Shown: piece after piece, positions 41,002 through 51,912 of the stretch
Numbering within the stretch: position 1 is the first letter of the stretch
Layout of the letters: each line of letters opens with the position of its first letter
Assembly (NCBI GenBank): GCA_963770935.1
Contig: CAVYRJ010000011.1
Coordinates: 1-64,000, forward strand
Length of the DNA: 64,000 bases
Direction of reading: 5' to 3'
Source: Candidatus Bathyarchaeota archaeon
Lineage (GTDB): Archaea; Thermoproteota; Bathyarchaeia; Bathyarchaeales; Bathycorpusculaceae
Notes under the pieces: model-generated
Database searches by the model: none
Told to the model about the DNA's origin: nothing
What the model saw: only the letters and a program-made list of their open reading frames with translations
Position numbers and translations under genes: made by a program

Positions 41002-43555
41002 TTATGGTCTTTTTCTTAGCATCAGAATTATTATTGCGCCAATTATAGCTATGAAAATGAAGATGCCGGCTGATTGCTGGAACAAAGTATGTTTCGGCGA
41101 TTGATACAGGTAAAGGTGTTGGTGCAGTAGTGGCTGATGGTGCTTCGTCTACGTTTATTGCAGTTTCTGCTTGTGATGGCCAATAGGAGTTTGAGCCAGC
41201 GAACTTGGCAATAATAGTGTATAGTCCTGGAACTTCGGGTTTGAACGCAAATTTGTACATGCCGTTTGCATCGCTTGTGGTTCTTCCGATCTCGTAGTTG
41301 TTGCCGTTAGGATCAAGAGTCTCAAAGACAACTTCGACTCCAGTTGCGTCTGTTGGTTTAGGCTTTTGCATGTAAACGTACTCCATCCATTTACCCATGT
41401 TTGCGTCAGATATTGCTGGAACTCCATTTGGAAAGCGTGCTGCTTGCTCTTTTTGCTTTGTGCCAGGTGCTGTGTCAATAACTGAGCCTTCTATTAGCAC
41501 ACTGCTTCCATGTACTGAAACTTTCGGTGATGCTGAGACAGTAGTAGCGCTTGGACCCTTGCCTATACTGTATATTTGCATGTCGTATAAGTTAAGACCT
41601 ACTAAGTAGCCGTCTGCAATGGCATAGCCCCAAGGTGGATATCCTGAAGATCCATGGAATGCTAGAGTCCATATTTCTTCTCCAGAGGTAGCGTCAAGAC
41701 AGTATAGTTCTGCGCCCTTCCAATATGGCGCTCCAGAAGAGTGTTCATTGACATGGAAGTAGATTTTTCCATCAGCGACTCCAACAAGACCAACGGGGTA
41801 ACCACCATAAGGCGCTGAAAAACCAGCTTTGACTGCTGTGCTATAATTCCATAATAGGTTTCCAGATTTGGTGTCATAGCAGTAGATCATTCCAGAGTAG
41901 CCGCAGGAGTAAAGTTTGCCATATGCAGTAGTTTGCGTCCATAAAGAACCGCCGCCTCCTGCATACATGTTAAAAGCAGCTTCAGAAGCAGTTGTCCACA
42001 ATGGTGTTCCATCGTCTAAGCTGTAGCCTAAATACTGTATGGTCTCTTTATCCCAGAAAATAAAGACGCGGTTCACTTCATCAATGAATCGGAAGCTTCG
42101 GCTAATGTTGCCTGGTGGTGCATCATAAGTTTTCGTCCACAAAAGTGTACCCTTAGAGTTTGGTTTTAGACTCATTGCCCACATTGTGTATGGTGTCCAA
42201 CTAGAAGTGCTAGGCAAAGCGCCGGTTCTACCCAGTAGAACGTCTTCGTGTACTACAGCTTGGATGCTTGATCCAGTTGGCAACCATGGTAATGTCACAT
42301 TCCATGAATATGCCGCGCTCATGTTAACCGATTTTCCTATAGGTCTCCACTGATTATAGTTGGTACTAGTAACATCATTTGGATCTGCTGTGTTGGTTAA
42401 TTGGTAAGCAGCCGTGTTGTTCCATAAAGCAAGCCATTTTCCTGCATCGTTAAGCACATAACGCACTATCTCGCCTTTACCAGTATACACTTCTGTACCA
42501 GAAGGAACACTAGTCATGTTAAATAGCAAGTCTCCTGTCAGTGGATCAAATGCACTGGCAAAGTTGTTCGACCACAAGTAGCCGTTAGGAATAACTCCAT
42601 GTTGATTCATTGATTGGTAATCATAGAGTTGACCGAATGATGGTGCTGCACTCCCTGAAACTCCTATTTTGTTGTTATACCATATTTTTTCTCCAGTGCG
42701 CAGATCTATGCAGATGTATCCCCCGTTGCCGGCTGTGCTACCTACTGGGAGAGTGAAATAGAGTCTTCCGTACATTACTATTGGATCTTTGAATAGAGTC
42801 TCGTAATGCGTTCCATCGTAGTATGTCATGCCTTCGGTGCCTGTGCGGTTTCCTCCAACAACGCCTCCATCCCTAACTGGCATACTCCACATTATGTGGG
42901 CGCTATTAGGCGCTATGCCGTCGGGCTGAACTTTTTGGAAGATGGCGGCCCCAGATAGCCAGTTAGAGGAAATGGTTGACCACGCGTTGTTTTGTCCTTC
43001 TATTGGGCGTGCCCAGTATTCGGTTGGTAGCGGGTAGATTGGAGGATCAGGTATTACTTCTTCCTGCACAGTAAATGTCGTTGTTGCGTTGCTGGCTAGA
43101 TAAGTATCGTTGATAGCAATGTTGTAAACGTAAATTCCCGATCCACTTTTGCCAGTTATCACTTGTCCAGGATATTTAAAATTGAGAGTGTATGTGCCAA
43201 CTTGATCAGGCGTGTATTTAGTATATCCGCAGCCTACTGGATCAGATGGTGGAAGCGATATGGTTTGACTGGTTCCGTCAGGGGCCATAATCTCTAATGT
43301 CTGTCCGATGTATCTTTCCCCAGCATTTCCCGCTGCTCCTGGCGGCAACTTATCAAGCCACCACGCAACGGTTACTGTTTGACCGATACCTACTGGATTG
43401 GGGGCAACAGTGACATAGGAGTATGTTGGAACTTTGAATGGAGGATTATTTGCATTAGCGGATGGCAAAGCAACGAATATTGAGGTGGTTGTAATTGTTA
43501 GCATCAGAATAATCGCAATCAAAGAAGCTTTAGTTTTTTTGTTTACTGATTTCAT
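41002..43555 (-). CDS. Large surface protein with PQQ-like beta-propeller repeats and C-terminal TM anchor (frameshift near 41070)
   Basis: Signal peptide; repeats YCxDxxTGxxxW; the shifted frame restores AGIFIFIAIIGAIIILMLRKRP*. Confidence 0.85.
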
Positions 43556-43797
43556 TTTTTCCTTTCCTATAAATTGTGTTTGGCAAGCAATCTTTCGAGA
43601 AATTGCCTCGCCAACGAAGGGCTGCTATGTTCAAAAGAAATATTTATAATTTTGCCACTTTACATTTTAACAAGATTCCAAATAGAATTTTGGAAATGTT
43701 TAAAGGCAGAAATCGGTGTGTTGACTCTAGAAGATGTTAATGGTGCAGACTCTTTTTTTCTACTTGTAAAAGCTTCGGTTTTGTATGAGTTTTTAGA

Positions 43798-44551
43798 TCA
43801 TTGCTTTTCTTTTTGTTGAATTTCATCTAGTACGTTCCTTAGCTCTTTTCCTGACCCTTGAGGCAATTAGTCTACTCTTCGCAGGATTATTAATTCTCAG
43901 AAGAAGTGCCAGTCTAACCGATTGAGTGCTTAAATTGGTCACCCGAACTTCAGGTACAAATTCAGCAATAAGCTCTTCTTTGAGTTCTGAGCCAATGTCT
44001 AATAACGCTTTCTCTACCTCTGAAAGATCTAGGGCTCTGCTTATCACTATAGAAATTGCAATACGAGTTCCTCCTGGAGTTGTTTTGTTAATTATTATAT
44101 TTCGAGTAATTTTCGAGTTGGGTACGTATACAGTTTCATTGTCAGGAGTCATCAGAACTGTATCTTCCCATGTGATGTCTACAACTCTTCCAAAAAATTT
44201 GCCAACTTGAACCCAATCTCCAAGCTTAAACGGTTCATATGATTTTATGACTCCGTAAGAAACCAAGTTTGATAATACATGTCTAAGTGCAATTGCCAAA
44301 ATTATTGCGCCTAAGGCAACGAGGGTCAGCAATATTGTTAGGTCTAAGCCAACCTGACTAAATGCTATCAAAATTCCTATGAACCAGGTTATCCAGGTCA
44401 CAAGGCGTCTAATTTGTCGAGACATACTTTGGCTAAGTTTACCCTTCGCTTTCGAGACAAGACTTCTCAGGATTATGGAAATTATCCAGGTAGCAAGAAA
44501 AATCAAGCCCACAATAGCTATTTTTAATAAAAGCTCAATAGAGACTGGCAA
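43798..44551 (-). CDS. Small-conductance mechanosensitive channel (MscS family; frameshift near 43830)
   Basis: Three TM; PFKLGDWV, GRVVDI, VPNS. Confidence 0.9.
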
Positions 44552-44607
44552 GACAATTTGGTAGAACTATTGGAATTCTTATCATAGTTTAGGCTCTAAT
44601 TAATTTT

Positions 44608-45289
44608 TTATGTAATTTCGGCTTCTCTGAGTTTTTCGGCAGCTTTTTCAACTGTTTCTGATTCACCCAAAAGAAGCACACTGTCTCCTCCTTTAAAGAT
44701 GAAATGATTCCTCCGGAAAAACGAACTCGCCATTGCGAAATATGCTGGCGATCCTAAGTTTTTCGGGTTCGTCAAATCTAATTCTATTTTTACCGATTGC
44801 TACGCCATTTTGAGGAATAATAACTGAAACTATCTTGAAACCTGCGTTTGCTTTCTCATAGAGGGTTTCTATTGTTCGGCTTTCTATAGCATTCAAGAAT
44901 AAGCGGCGAGTCTCTATCGATGGACAAATAGCAATGTCGGCGCCAGCCGTCTTCATTAAATCTATGCTCTCAGGCTGATGAGCTCTCGCGATTACAAACG
45001 GTATTCCAAAGTCCCTTTTAGCTATCTCGCATACAGCAATATTCGTTTTATCACTGCTTGTTAAGGCCATCAAAGCATCCATTTTATCAGCTTCCAAGTT
45101 TTTCCAAATTTCCTTCTCTTCTCCGCTTCCTTGGAAAATAGCTGCATCCGCATGGTCAACTATATGCTTACATGCCGCATCGCCTTTTTCGATGACAGTG
45201 AGAAGGTGCCCTCTTTCGGATAGATAATGAATTAATGGTAAACCAATGTCGCCCGCACCGACTATCATTATTCGCAAATAGGTAACCAA
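44608..45289 (-). CDS. TrkA-family potassium-uptake RCK protein (frameshift near 44700)
   Basis: VGAGDIG Rossmann motif, ALTSSD..N, IARA; C-terminal FKGGDSVLLLG in the shifted frame. Confidence 0.88.
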
Positions 45290-45343
45290 TTCTTAGATAA
45301 CTTTATCATTTAAAAAGTATTGTGATTAAACCTGTTTTGGTTG

Positions 45344-46680
45344 TTATTCAACCGGTTCTTCCGTTTTTTGCGTTTTTCTAATTCTTTTGCTCACAAACAA
45401 GAGAAGCAGTCCTACGCCTCCAAAAGTGATTCCTAAAACTAAGGCTTCCAAACTCATTGTTATAATCATAAATGATAAAGCTGCAATGGCTATGATAGGT
45501 ACATAGGGGTAAAGTGGAACCTTGAAGGGGCGGTAAAGGTTGGGTTCAGTCTTTCTTAAACGAATTAATGCTAATGCCACCATGATTGCTGTAATGGAGT
45601 AGCCAAGGGATATTGCGTAAACTATGAAATTAATTGATCTTGTCAAAACAAAAAAGATAGCTATTAAAACTGTTAATGCTAGTGCTACAAACGGAGTTCT
45701 GTTCCTTGGATGTACTTTTTTGAAGATGGATGGCAAGAAATCATTCCTACTTAAAGCAAAGGCTATACGTGTTCCACCTGCCATGGCTCCATTAATCGTA
45801 GTTAATGTTGCAACAATTGCAGCAGCAGAAACTATAGTGCCGCCTATTGGACCTATAAAGTAGGTAGCGGCATCTTGCAGGGGCGTAGCTGAATTAGCGT
45901 AGATTTCTGGTGGAGCACCGGCAACCATGGCTATTGATGCGCCTACAAAAAGCAGTGTAATAACTGCCAGAGTTAGAAAAAGGGCTCTTGGGATATTTTT
46001 TCCTGCAGTTTTGACTTCTTCAGACATCTGAGTGATTGACTCATACCCTGCGTATGTGGGAAAAATAAAACTCACCATTGCGAACATGGGCAATATTCCT
46101 TTTGGAAAGAATGGTTCAAATCTGCTTGCCTCAAAACTCAGAGAGGAGCCTGCCATGAAAAAGCAAAGTGTAAAGATTAAGACTCCGGTGAGGGCTAACT
46201 GGACGATGCTCATGCTTCTTGTTCCTCTAAAGTTGATTAAAGCAAACACAATCAAAGTTAGAATAGCCAACGTGAAGGGCTCTACCCACCTAAGGAAATA
46301 ATTGACTGAAAGAGCAAAAACCAGTGAACCGATAGCGCAATCAGTAATGCTGCCCACCCAGCTAAACCACCCCGCTATAAACGTTGGAGTCTTTTTGCCG
46401 AAAGCACGTCCCACAAAAGCAATTGCTCCACCCGCGCCGCTTGGAACAGATGATCCAAGCTCAGCGTAAGAGAGTCCCATAAGAAGAGCAAAGAAAGCTC
46501 CAATCAAGAAAGTAACCACAATACTAGGTCCAGCCTCGCCACGGCTCTACCCATAATAGCAAACATAACTCCCCCAATTGCCGTGCCCACACCAAGAAAC
46601 GTAGTTTGCACAAGATTCAAAGTACGCAATAAAGGAATTTCATGAATGATTCTATGAATTTTCTTCGTGGAACTCTTCGT
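45344..46680 (-). CDS. APC-family amino acid permease (frameshift near 46538; start approximate)
   Basis: LGVGTAIGG N-terminus in upstream frame; YAELGS, YAGYE, RPFKVP. Confidence 0.88.
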
Positions 46681-47076
46681 AGACGCTGTTCACCTCTAGA
46701 ATATATAGTATTTATCATAAGTGGCTAAATTATATTAGCTCTTCTGGAGAGGTTGGGAACGAACGGCGATTGGCAAGAAGGCAAATGTCGACTCTTTGTA
46801 TTTTCTGAAAGTTGCAATAATTGTGCAAAATGCTTGTGCAGCAGCATCTTCTCCCGATCCCGCTGATGACATTGCTCCTCAGTCGCTTTTTGTGGCGCTA
46901 AAGTCGTGGCTGCTGGTTTGAAGACTAAACCGTTTAACTTGGGTTTATCTATGAAAGATAACACCCAACCGCAAATTCTAGTAGCCGTATCATCATCACC
47001 ATCATCATCTTCTAAGGGTCATTGGGAGGACTTGCAATAAGGATACTTAAGAAAACCAGAGTTCTTCAATTTGCCT

Positions 47077-47811
47077 TCATTTCTCAAAATCGTAGTTCTC
47101 CTCATTCGCCACGACCGACCAATTTACTCCCGCAATCGCACATGCTTTACTGAAATCAGGATCAGTTTCAACCCGTCTTCGGATAAAGAGATATTCCAAT
47201 TGAGCCGCCTCGTTGCGAGGTCTCGTAGCACCATAATGTAGAACTACCGAAACGATAAAAATTACTCCTAAAATGGGGATATCAAGCCAGGCATGTCGAG
47301 AAGTAAGCGAAAGGTATGTATTTCCAGTGAAATAGCTAGAAAGAACAAAAAACAATATAATGGCTAAAGCTGCGGCGGGAACATAGAGACTGCAGACTAT
47401 TCTGGCATTGTAATGAGACCGAAAGCCTCTTCCAATAGAATAGAAATATCTACAGTCAACAATGTCCTTGCCCGTAATATGTGTCATTTCAATGAACATT
47501 TTTTGCCTTGATTCTGAAAGATTATTCCAGTTCTCAGCATGATTAGCAAAATATCTCAGCAAAGGTCTTTGTTCCTTCTTCATGGCATCCCGACCGTAGG
47601 AGAATGTATCGTAAAATGTGTAAATGACATATCCAAATGCAAGGGCGGCACCAAAAGCACCTACCGCGATAGCAACGGCAATGTCCAGATGATTGCCCAT
47701 GAAAAGCAAGCCATCAGTACTCAGAATTGGAAGAATGAGACAGGTAGCATAAATTACAAATAAACTTCCGGGAATAAAGTAACGCAGGAATTGGTATTCA
47801 TCGAATGGCAC
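47077..47811 (-). CDS. Hypothetical membrane protein
   Basis: YFIPG N-terminal motif, four TM helices. Confidence 0.7.
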   Translation of the reverse strand: MPFDEYQFLRYFIPGSLFVIYATCLILPILSTDGLLFMGNHLDIAVAIAVGAFGAALAFGYVIYTFYDTFSYGRDAMKKEQRPLLRYFANHAENWNNLSESRQKMFIEMTHITGKDIVDCRYFYSIGRGFRSHYNARIVCSLYVPAAALAIILFFVLSSYFTGNTYLSLTSRHAWLDIPILGVIFIVSVVLHYGATRPRNEAAQLEYLFIRRRVETDPDFSKACAIAGVNWSVVANEENYDFEK

Positions 47812-47986
47812 ATCTATACCTCTTCTTAACCTTATCTTCCTTATCCACTAAATAAAATATTGCCAAACCCATAGTAAGAAAGGATTACGTCTATGAAGCT
47901 TTTATCTTGAACATTATCTCTTCACCTGAGTGTACGGAATAAGTCGGAGCTATAAAACCCTTAACATTTGACTAACATTTGAGCGG

Positions 47987-48115
47987 TTAGGAAAAACTTT
48001 AACCTCACTCATGGTATAGGTAGCGCTGAACCTTCGTTTTGCGCTTCCCATCTTTGCAGCTTCTCCGGCTACCGAACTCAGGGCAGATTACCTTCGGGCG
48101 TTCCTTCTCTCCGCT
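47987..48115 (-). pseudogene. Degenerate Zn-ribbon fragment resembling the N-terminus of IS1-like or archaeal integrase proteins
   Basis: Reads ICPEFGSRRSCKDGKRKTKVQRYLYHE*G*SFS*, versus consensus CPxCGS..KDG..QRYxCxxCGxxF. Confidence 0.4.
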
Positions 48116-48251
48116 AAGAACGTGTTTAGGGAGGATTTTGCGGCAGAGAGGGCAATTAAAAGTACATTCGTAAAAAATTCAAATAAATCAACACTTCTGG
48201 AAACATAATTCTAATATTAACCTATGTAGTCCTTTTATCAAATACCTGTGT

Positions 48252-48329
48252 GGGCCGGTCGTCTAGCCTGGTTAGGACGTTGGCTTTACGAGCCAAAGGT
48301 CGCCGGTCCGAGTCCGGCTCGGCCCACCA
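48252..48329 (+). tRNA. tRNA-Val(TAC)
   Basis: GGGCCGG acceptor, TTGGC-TTTACGA-GCCAA anticodon arm, encoded CCA; T-loop reads GTCCGAG. Confidence 0.92.
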
Positions 48330-48749
48330 TCTTTTAATTGTTTGTATTTGTTAAATTACGAACGTTTTCTATAACTGCGTTAAATATTCAGTGATTAAGT
48401 GATTTACTTGATTTTCAATGTCTTGATTAAGTTAAGACATTTTCTTTTGGTTTATCGTCCATTTTTTGCATAAATTAAACAAAATGAATTTTTGTGTTAT
48501 TGCATTCATACTTTAAGGGAAGAAGAATGAAAGAACTTCGTTGCGTTTTTAACCTTCTCTTCAAACATTTGATATCTATAGGTTGATTTGTGCTAGGGAA
48601 TCTCTGCAGGATAATCATAAACTATGTGGTGATCAAATGTACCATTTTTCTAGTTGGAGTTGTTTATTGAAATTCTTAAAAATCTTATAAGCAGATAAAG
48701 ATTATTTAAAATAACGCTACATGTGTTGAAAACTGGAGTAAATCCAAAA

Positions 48750-49883
48750 ATGGGTCTTATCCAAAAATTCAAAAAAAGAAATGAAAATAAATCAAAAAAT
48801 GGAGAACTGCAGAACAATTGTTCACTATCATACATTGAACTACTTGTTCGACGAGGGCCTTTTCCTAAATCTGATTGCGATCCTTTAGCCTGTACTCTTA
48901 ACATTTTTTTCATTTCATTTTTGGTACCAATAATTGGCTACGTCTACGTTAAATTAAATAACTTTTCTCTCATCCATTTCCCTGAAGGCATCAATATTCC
49001 TGTTGAGCTAGTTTTTCTCTGGATCGGTGTTTTGCTTTTCTCGTTTACTTTTGTAATTTATCATGCTTCAGGACGGTATAGAAGCTTTCTAACTCACGTA
49101 AAACCATGTTTAAAATATGATGATACAAATTTCGAGAAATTCCGAAATAGCCGCATAAAGCACGCCTTTAAGGTACCGCGAGGGGTCATGACTCTTTTAC
49201 TTTTAACTGTGCCGGTGCTAGTTTTGGGATTAACTTTTACTCCATCAATTTCGATGGATTTGGTCATTATTTCTCTATTTTCTACAGTGTTGGTATATAG
49301 CGCAATTTTAGATAGTGTCGGAATTTGGCTGATTTATTCCTTCTTACAAACTTCAAACAAATTTGGCAATGACGTTCAACTAAAGATAAATCCATTTGAC
49401 CCTGATGCAGTGGGCGGATTGTCACCGTTGTCTGAATTGAGTACTTTGCTGATTTTTGATATTGGTTTTCTTTCTATCTTAATAATTCCAATTTGGCAAA
49501 TATTTCTTCCTCAAGCTTCCTATGTTATGATATTTGTTACTTCTGTCCTGATGCCTGCCTATTTTTTCCTTTCAATGAGAGGAATTTATGATAGACTAAA
49601 AGAAGAAAAAGAAAAGACTTTGCTGAAATTAAATGAAGAAATTCAATCACTTAGTAGGCGAATACAGAGATTCTTAGATATAGATCACAGTGTTGAAGAA
49701 ATGGATGATAAGGAAATATTGGTTATTAGTAATGGATTGAATGCCCTAGAATTAATTTATAAGAGAATAAAATCCATGCACACTTTTCCAGTCAATGCAG
49801 AAATAATGGCAAAAATTTTTCTGAGTGCAATATTACCTGTGATAGCTTTATTGATAGATGTTGTTCAAGCCCAGATTCTCTGA
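48750..49883 (+). CDS. Hypothetical polytopic membrane protein
   Basis: About 7 TM; NPFDPDAVGGLSPL motif; coiled coil before the last TM. Confidence 0.75.
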   Translation: MGLIQKFKKRNENKSKNGELQNNCSLSYIELLVRRGPFPKSDCDPLACTLNIFFISFLVPIIGYVYVKLNNFSLIHFPEGINIPVELVFLWIGVLLFSFTFVIYHASGRYRSFLTHVKPCLKYDDTNFEKFRNSRIKHAFKVPRGVMTLLLLTVPVLVLGLTFTPSISMDLVIISLFSTVLVYSAILDSVGIWLIYSFLQTSNKFGNDVQLKINPFDPDAVGGLSPLSELSTLLIFDIGFLSILIIPIWQIFLPQASYVMIFVTSVLMPAYFFLSMRGIYDRLKEEKEKTLLKLNEEIQSLSRRIQRFLDIDHSVEEMDDKEILVISNGLNALELIYKRIKSMHTFPVNAEIMAKIFLSAILPVIALLIDVVQAQIL

Positions 49884-49977
49884 TCATGTCATTATTATTT
49901 TATGTTATAGAAATAGGTTTAATCCGGGTCAATTTTATGCCCACACAAATGTTTGCTGGAAGTAGAGACGATATTAA

Positions 49978-50442
49978 ATGCTAGTAAGTGCACACTTTTT
50001 TTCAGGGCTTCTTTTTCTTTCTTTGCTAAATTATTTCGGAATTTTGCCTGAAACCGGTCCTTTTTTAAGTCTTTTAATTATTTTAGCTTTTGTTATTCCT
50101 GACATTGATTATCTAATTTCTAAAATGCATAGAAATCTGTTTACACATACGCCGATTTTTTTGTTCACTATTGCGGTCTTCTTATCCTTGATTTCGCCAA
50201 ACATGTGGTTTTTCATTCCTGCTTTCTTCATACATATGCTCTTAGACACATTGGATTATGGGATTATGTTAAAATATCCAATGTCTCGCGCAAAATATGG
50301 AAAAGCGGTCTTGGGAAAAGAAGCTGACCCAAGTAGAACCTTGCTCGATTTTATAAAGCAATATTTTAAAAATTCTACTATTATTACTATTGAATTTATT
50401 CTTATGTTCCTGTCGATTTTTGCACTGGTCATTTCATCTTAA
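49978..50442 (+). CDS. Membrane-bound metal-dependent hydrolase (YdjM/DUF457-like)
   Basis: H(6), PDID, HRNLFTH, HMLLD. Confidence 0.82.
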   Translation: MLVSAHFFSGLLFLSLLNYFGILPETGPFLSLLIILAFVIPDIDYLISKMHRNLFTHTPIFLFTIAVFLSLISPNMWFFIPAFFIHMLLDTLDYGIMLKYPMSRAKYGKAVLGKEADPSRTLLDFIKQYFKNSTIITIEFILMFLSIFALVISS

Positions 50443-50635
50443 ATATAAATTGAAATGAAAAACTTTCGGAAATAAAATATGATAGCAAATGAAAGATGCC
50501 GTTAAACTTTTTACTGCTTTATTATTTTAGACCTTATAAGGCAATCTCTTTTTGAGGCATATTATTTTATTAAAACGTAATTACATCAATAGATAAAATT
50601 GTGGGAGAGTATAACTCGTCAGCTTCGAGTACAGC

Positions 50636-51562
50636 ATGATAAAGAAAAGTCACACTAATCCTAATGAAATCAATGTAAAAAATTTAGATAATGATCTGAA
50701 AAATCCTTTTGAAGAATTAGCCTCAGCCTTAATAAGAAAATACAAATCGCAAATTGTTTCAATAGTTGTATTTGGTTCTGGCACCACAGGCGATTGGATA
50801 AGGGGAAAATCAGATATAGACTTTATAATTGTCACTGATGCTCAATCAAATAGGTGGAAAATTGAAAATTTTACAAATATCCTTCTAACTAAGTTGAGTT
50901 TGAAATACGACTTGCGATTAGATAAGACATGTTCTACTTTTAAGTCAAATAATAATCCACTTAAGAATTTAATTTCAACTCTGGAAAGTTTCATGACCTT
51001 TGGAAAACCTTTTTTTGTGGTGTCAAAAAATCAAATCGATGTTAAGAAGGGAAAGATAAAGAATTTTAGGATCAGATTTGTTACTTCAATTTTTAATTCG
51101 ATAGCCATTTTTGTTGCCAAAGCTAATCAAACTGGAGTAACTATTTATGGAGAAAACCTCCTCGACCAAATGTATATCAACTATTCAATTGTTGAAAAAA
51201 TCAAGGCATTCATAGCTCCAATATGGTTAATTATTGTTAGTTTTGCAGTATTTCCGATTGATGCCCAACTCTCTTTAAGTCATAGCGTGAAGGCAACGAT
51301 TTGGTCTTGTGAAGATGCATTATTTTTTTTAGAACGTAAATTATCTGTAACTGAATTGGAAATTTTTGAATTAGAGAAAATTTTTCAAAACCAAGAAATT
51401 AGTTTATCGCATGCTTGGAAAGCAAACAACCTAAGACCCACTTTACAAGGTGCAGTAATTGAGAAAGGTGCAATTATGCAATTTCTGGTCCAAACTTCTA
51501 AATTTAATAGAATGCTATATGTTAAAACCGCAGAAAAATGGCGTTTCAACCAAAACAAATAA
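50636..51562 (+). CDS. Pol-beta superfamily nucleotidyltransferase with extended C-terminal helical domain
   Basis: VFGS...SDIDFII motif; GVTIYG; hydrophobic segment near aa 190-208. Confidence 0.82.
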   Translation: MIKKSHTNPNEINVKNLDNDLKNPFEELASALIRKYKSQIVSIVVFGSGTTGDWIRGKSDIDFIIVTDAQSNRWKIENFTNILLTKLSLKYDLRLDKTCSTFKSNNNPLKNLISTLESFMTFGKPFFVVSKNQIDVKKGKIKNFRIRFVTSIFNSIAIFVAKANQTGVTIYGENLLDQMYINYSIVEKIKAFIAPIWLIIVSFAVFPIDAQLSLSHSVKATIWSCEDALFFLERKLSVTELEIFELEKIFQNQEISLSHAWKANNLRPTLQGAVIEKGAIMQFLVQTSKFNRMLYVKTAEKWRFNQNK

Positions 51563-51663
51563 TTTTTCTTATGCAAAGAAGAGCAAACTAAAATTCGGAT
51601 TAATGATGTTTGTTCATCCCATCCAATTCAACGATTGCTGGGTTATTTCCTAATTAGGCTGTC

Positions 51664-51709
51664 TTGGCTTTTGGAGCCTAGTCGCTGGTTCAAGTCTGGT
51701 CCGGCACAC
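51664..51709 (+). repeat. Degenerate direct copy of a tRNA 3' half (att-like relic)
   Basis: TTGGCTTTTGGAGCCTAGTCGCTGGTTCAAGTCTGGTCCGGCACAC aligns with tRNA-Val TTGGCTTTACGAGCCAAAGGTCGCCGGTCCGAGTCCGGCTCGGCCCAC. Confidence 0.6.
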
Positions 51710-51912
51710 TTTAATTGCAAAAGGAGCTTGGATTGTGCTTATTTGAATTTGCTGAAAGGCGCAAAATTTTTTAGCGATGTTACAGTTTCTAATGCCCTCA
51801 TTTTTGAACTGTGCACGTCCTTTGTTCTTGCTTGATACGCCATTTAAACTTAATCATTAGAGATCGGGATATTTGTTTTTGAGAAGGCTTAAGTGCTGAT
51901 GCGTCTATAAGG

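Larger units (their letters stand above)
48330..51709. mobile_element. tRNA-anchored AT-rich genomic islet
   Basis: Visible AT enrichment between the tRNA-Val 3' end and a degenerate tRNA 3'-half copy at 51664-51709. Confidence 0.55.

Noticed and set aside
46725-46964. 79-aa ORF upstream of the permease
   Set aside because: No recognisable motif or RBS; it overlaps the shared non-coding element and is not called as a gene
46991-47008. CATCATCACCATCATCAT, six His codons suggesting a histidine attenuator peptide
   Set aside because: The His frame has a TAG three codons upstream and no start. It is antisense to the downstream permease and far from the his operon, so it is treated as a trinucleotide microsatellite.
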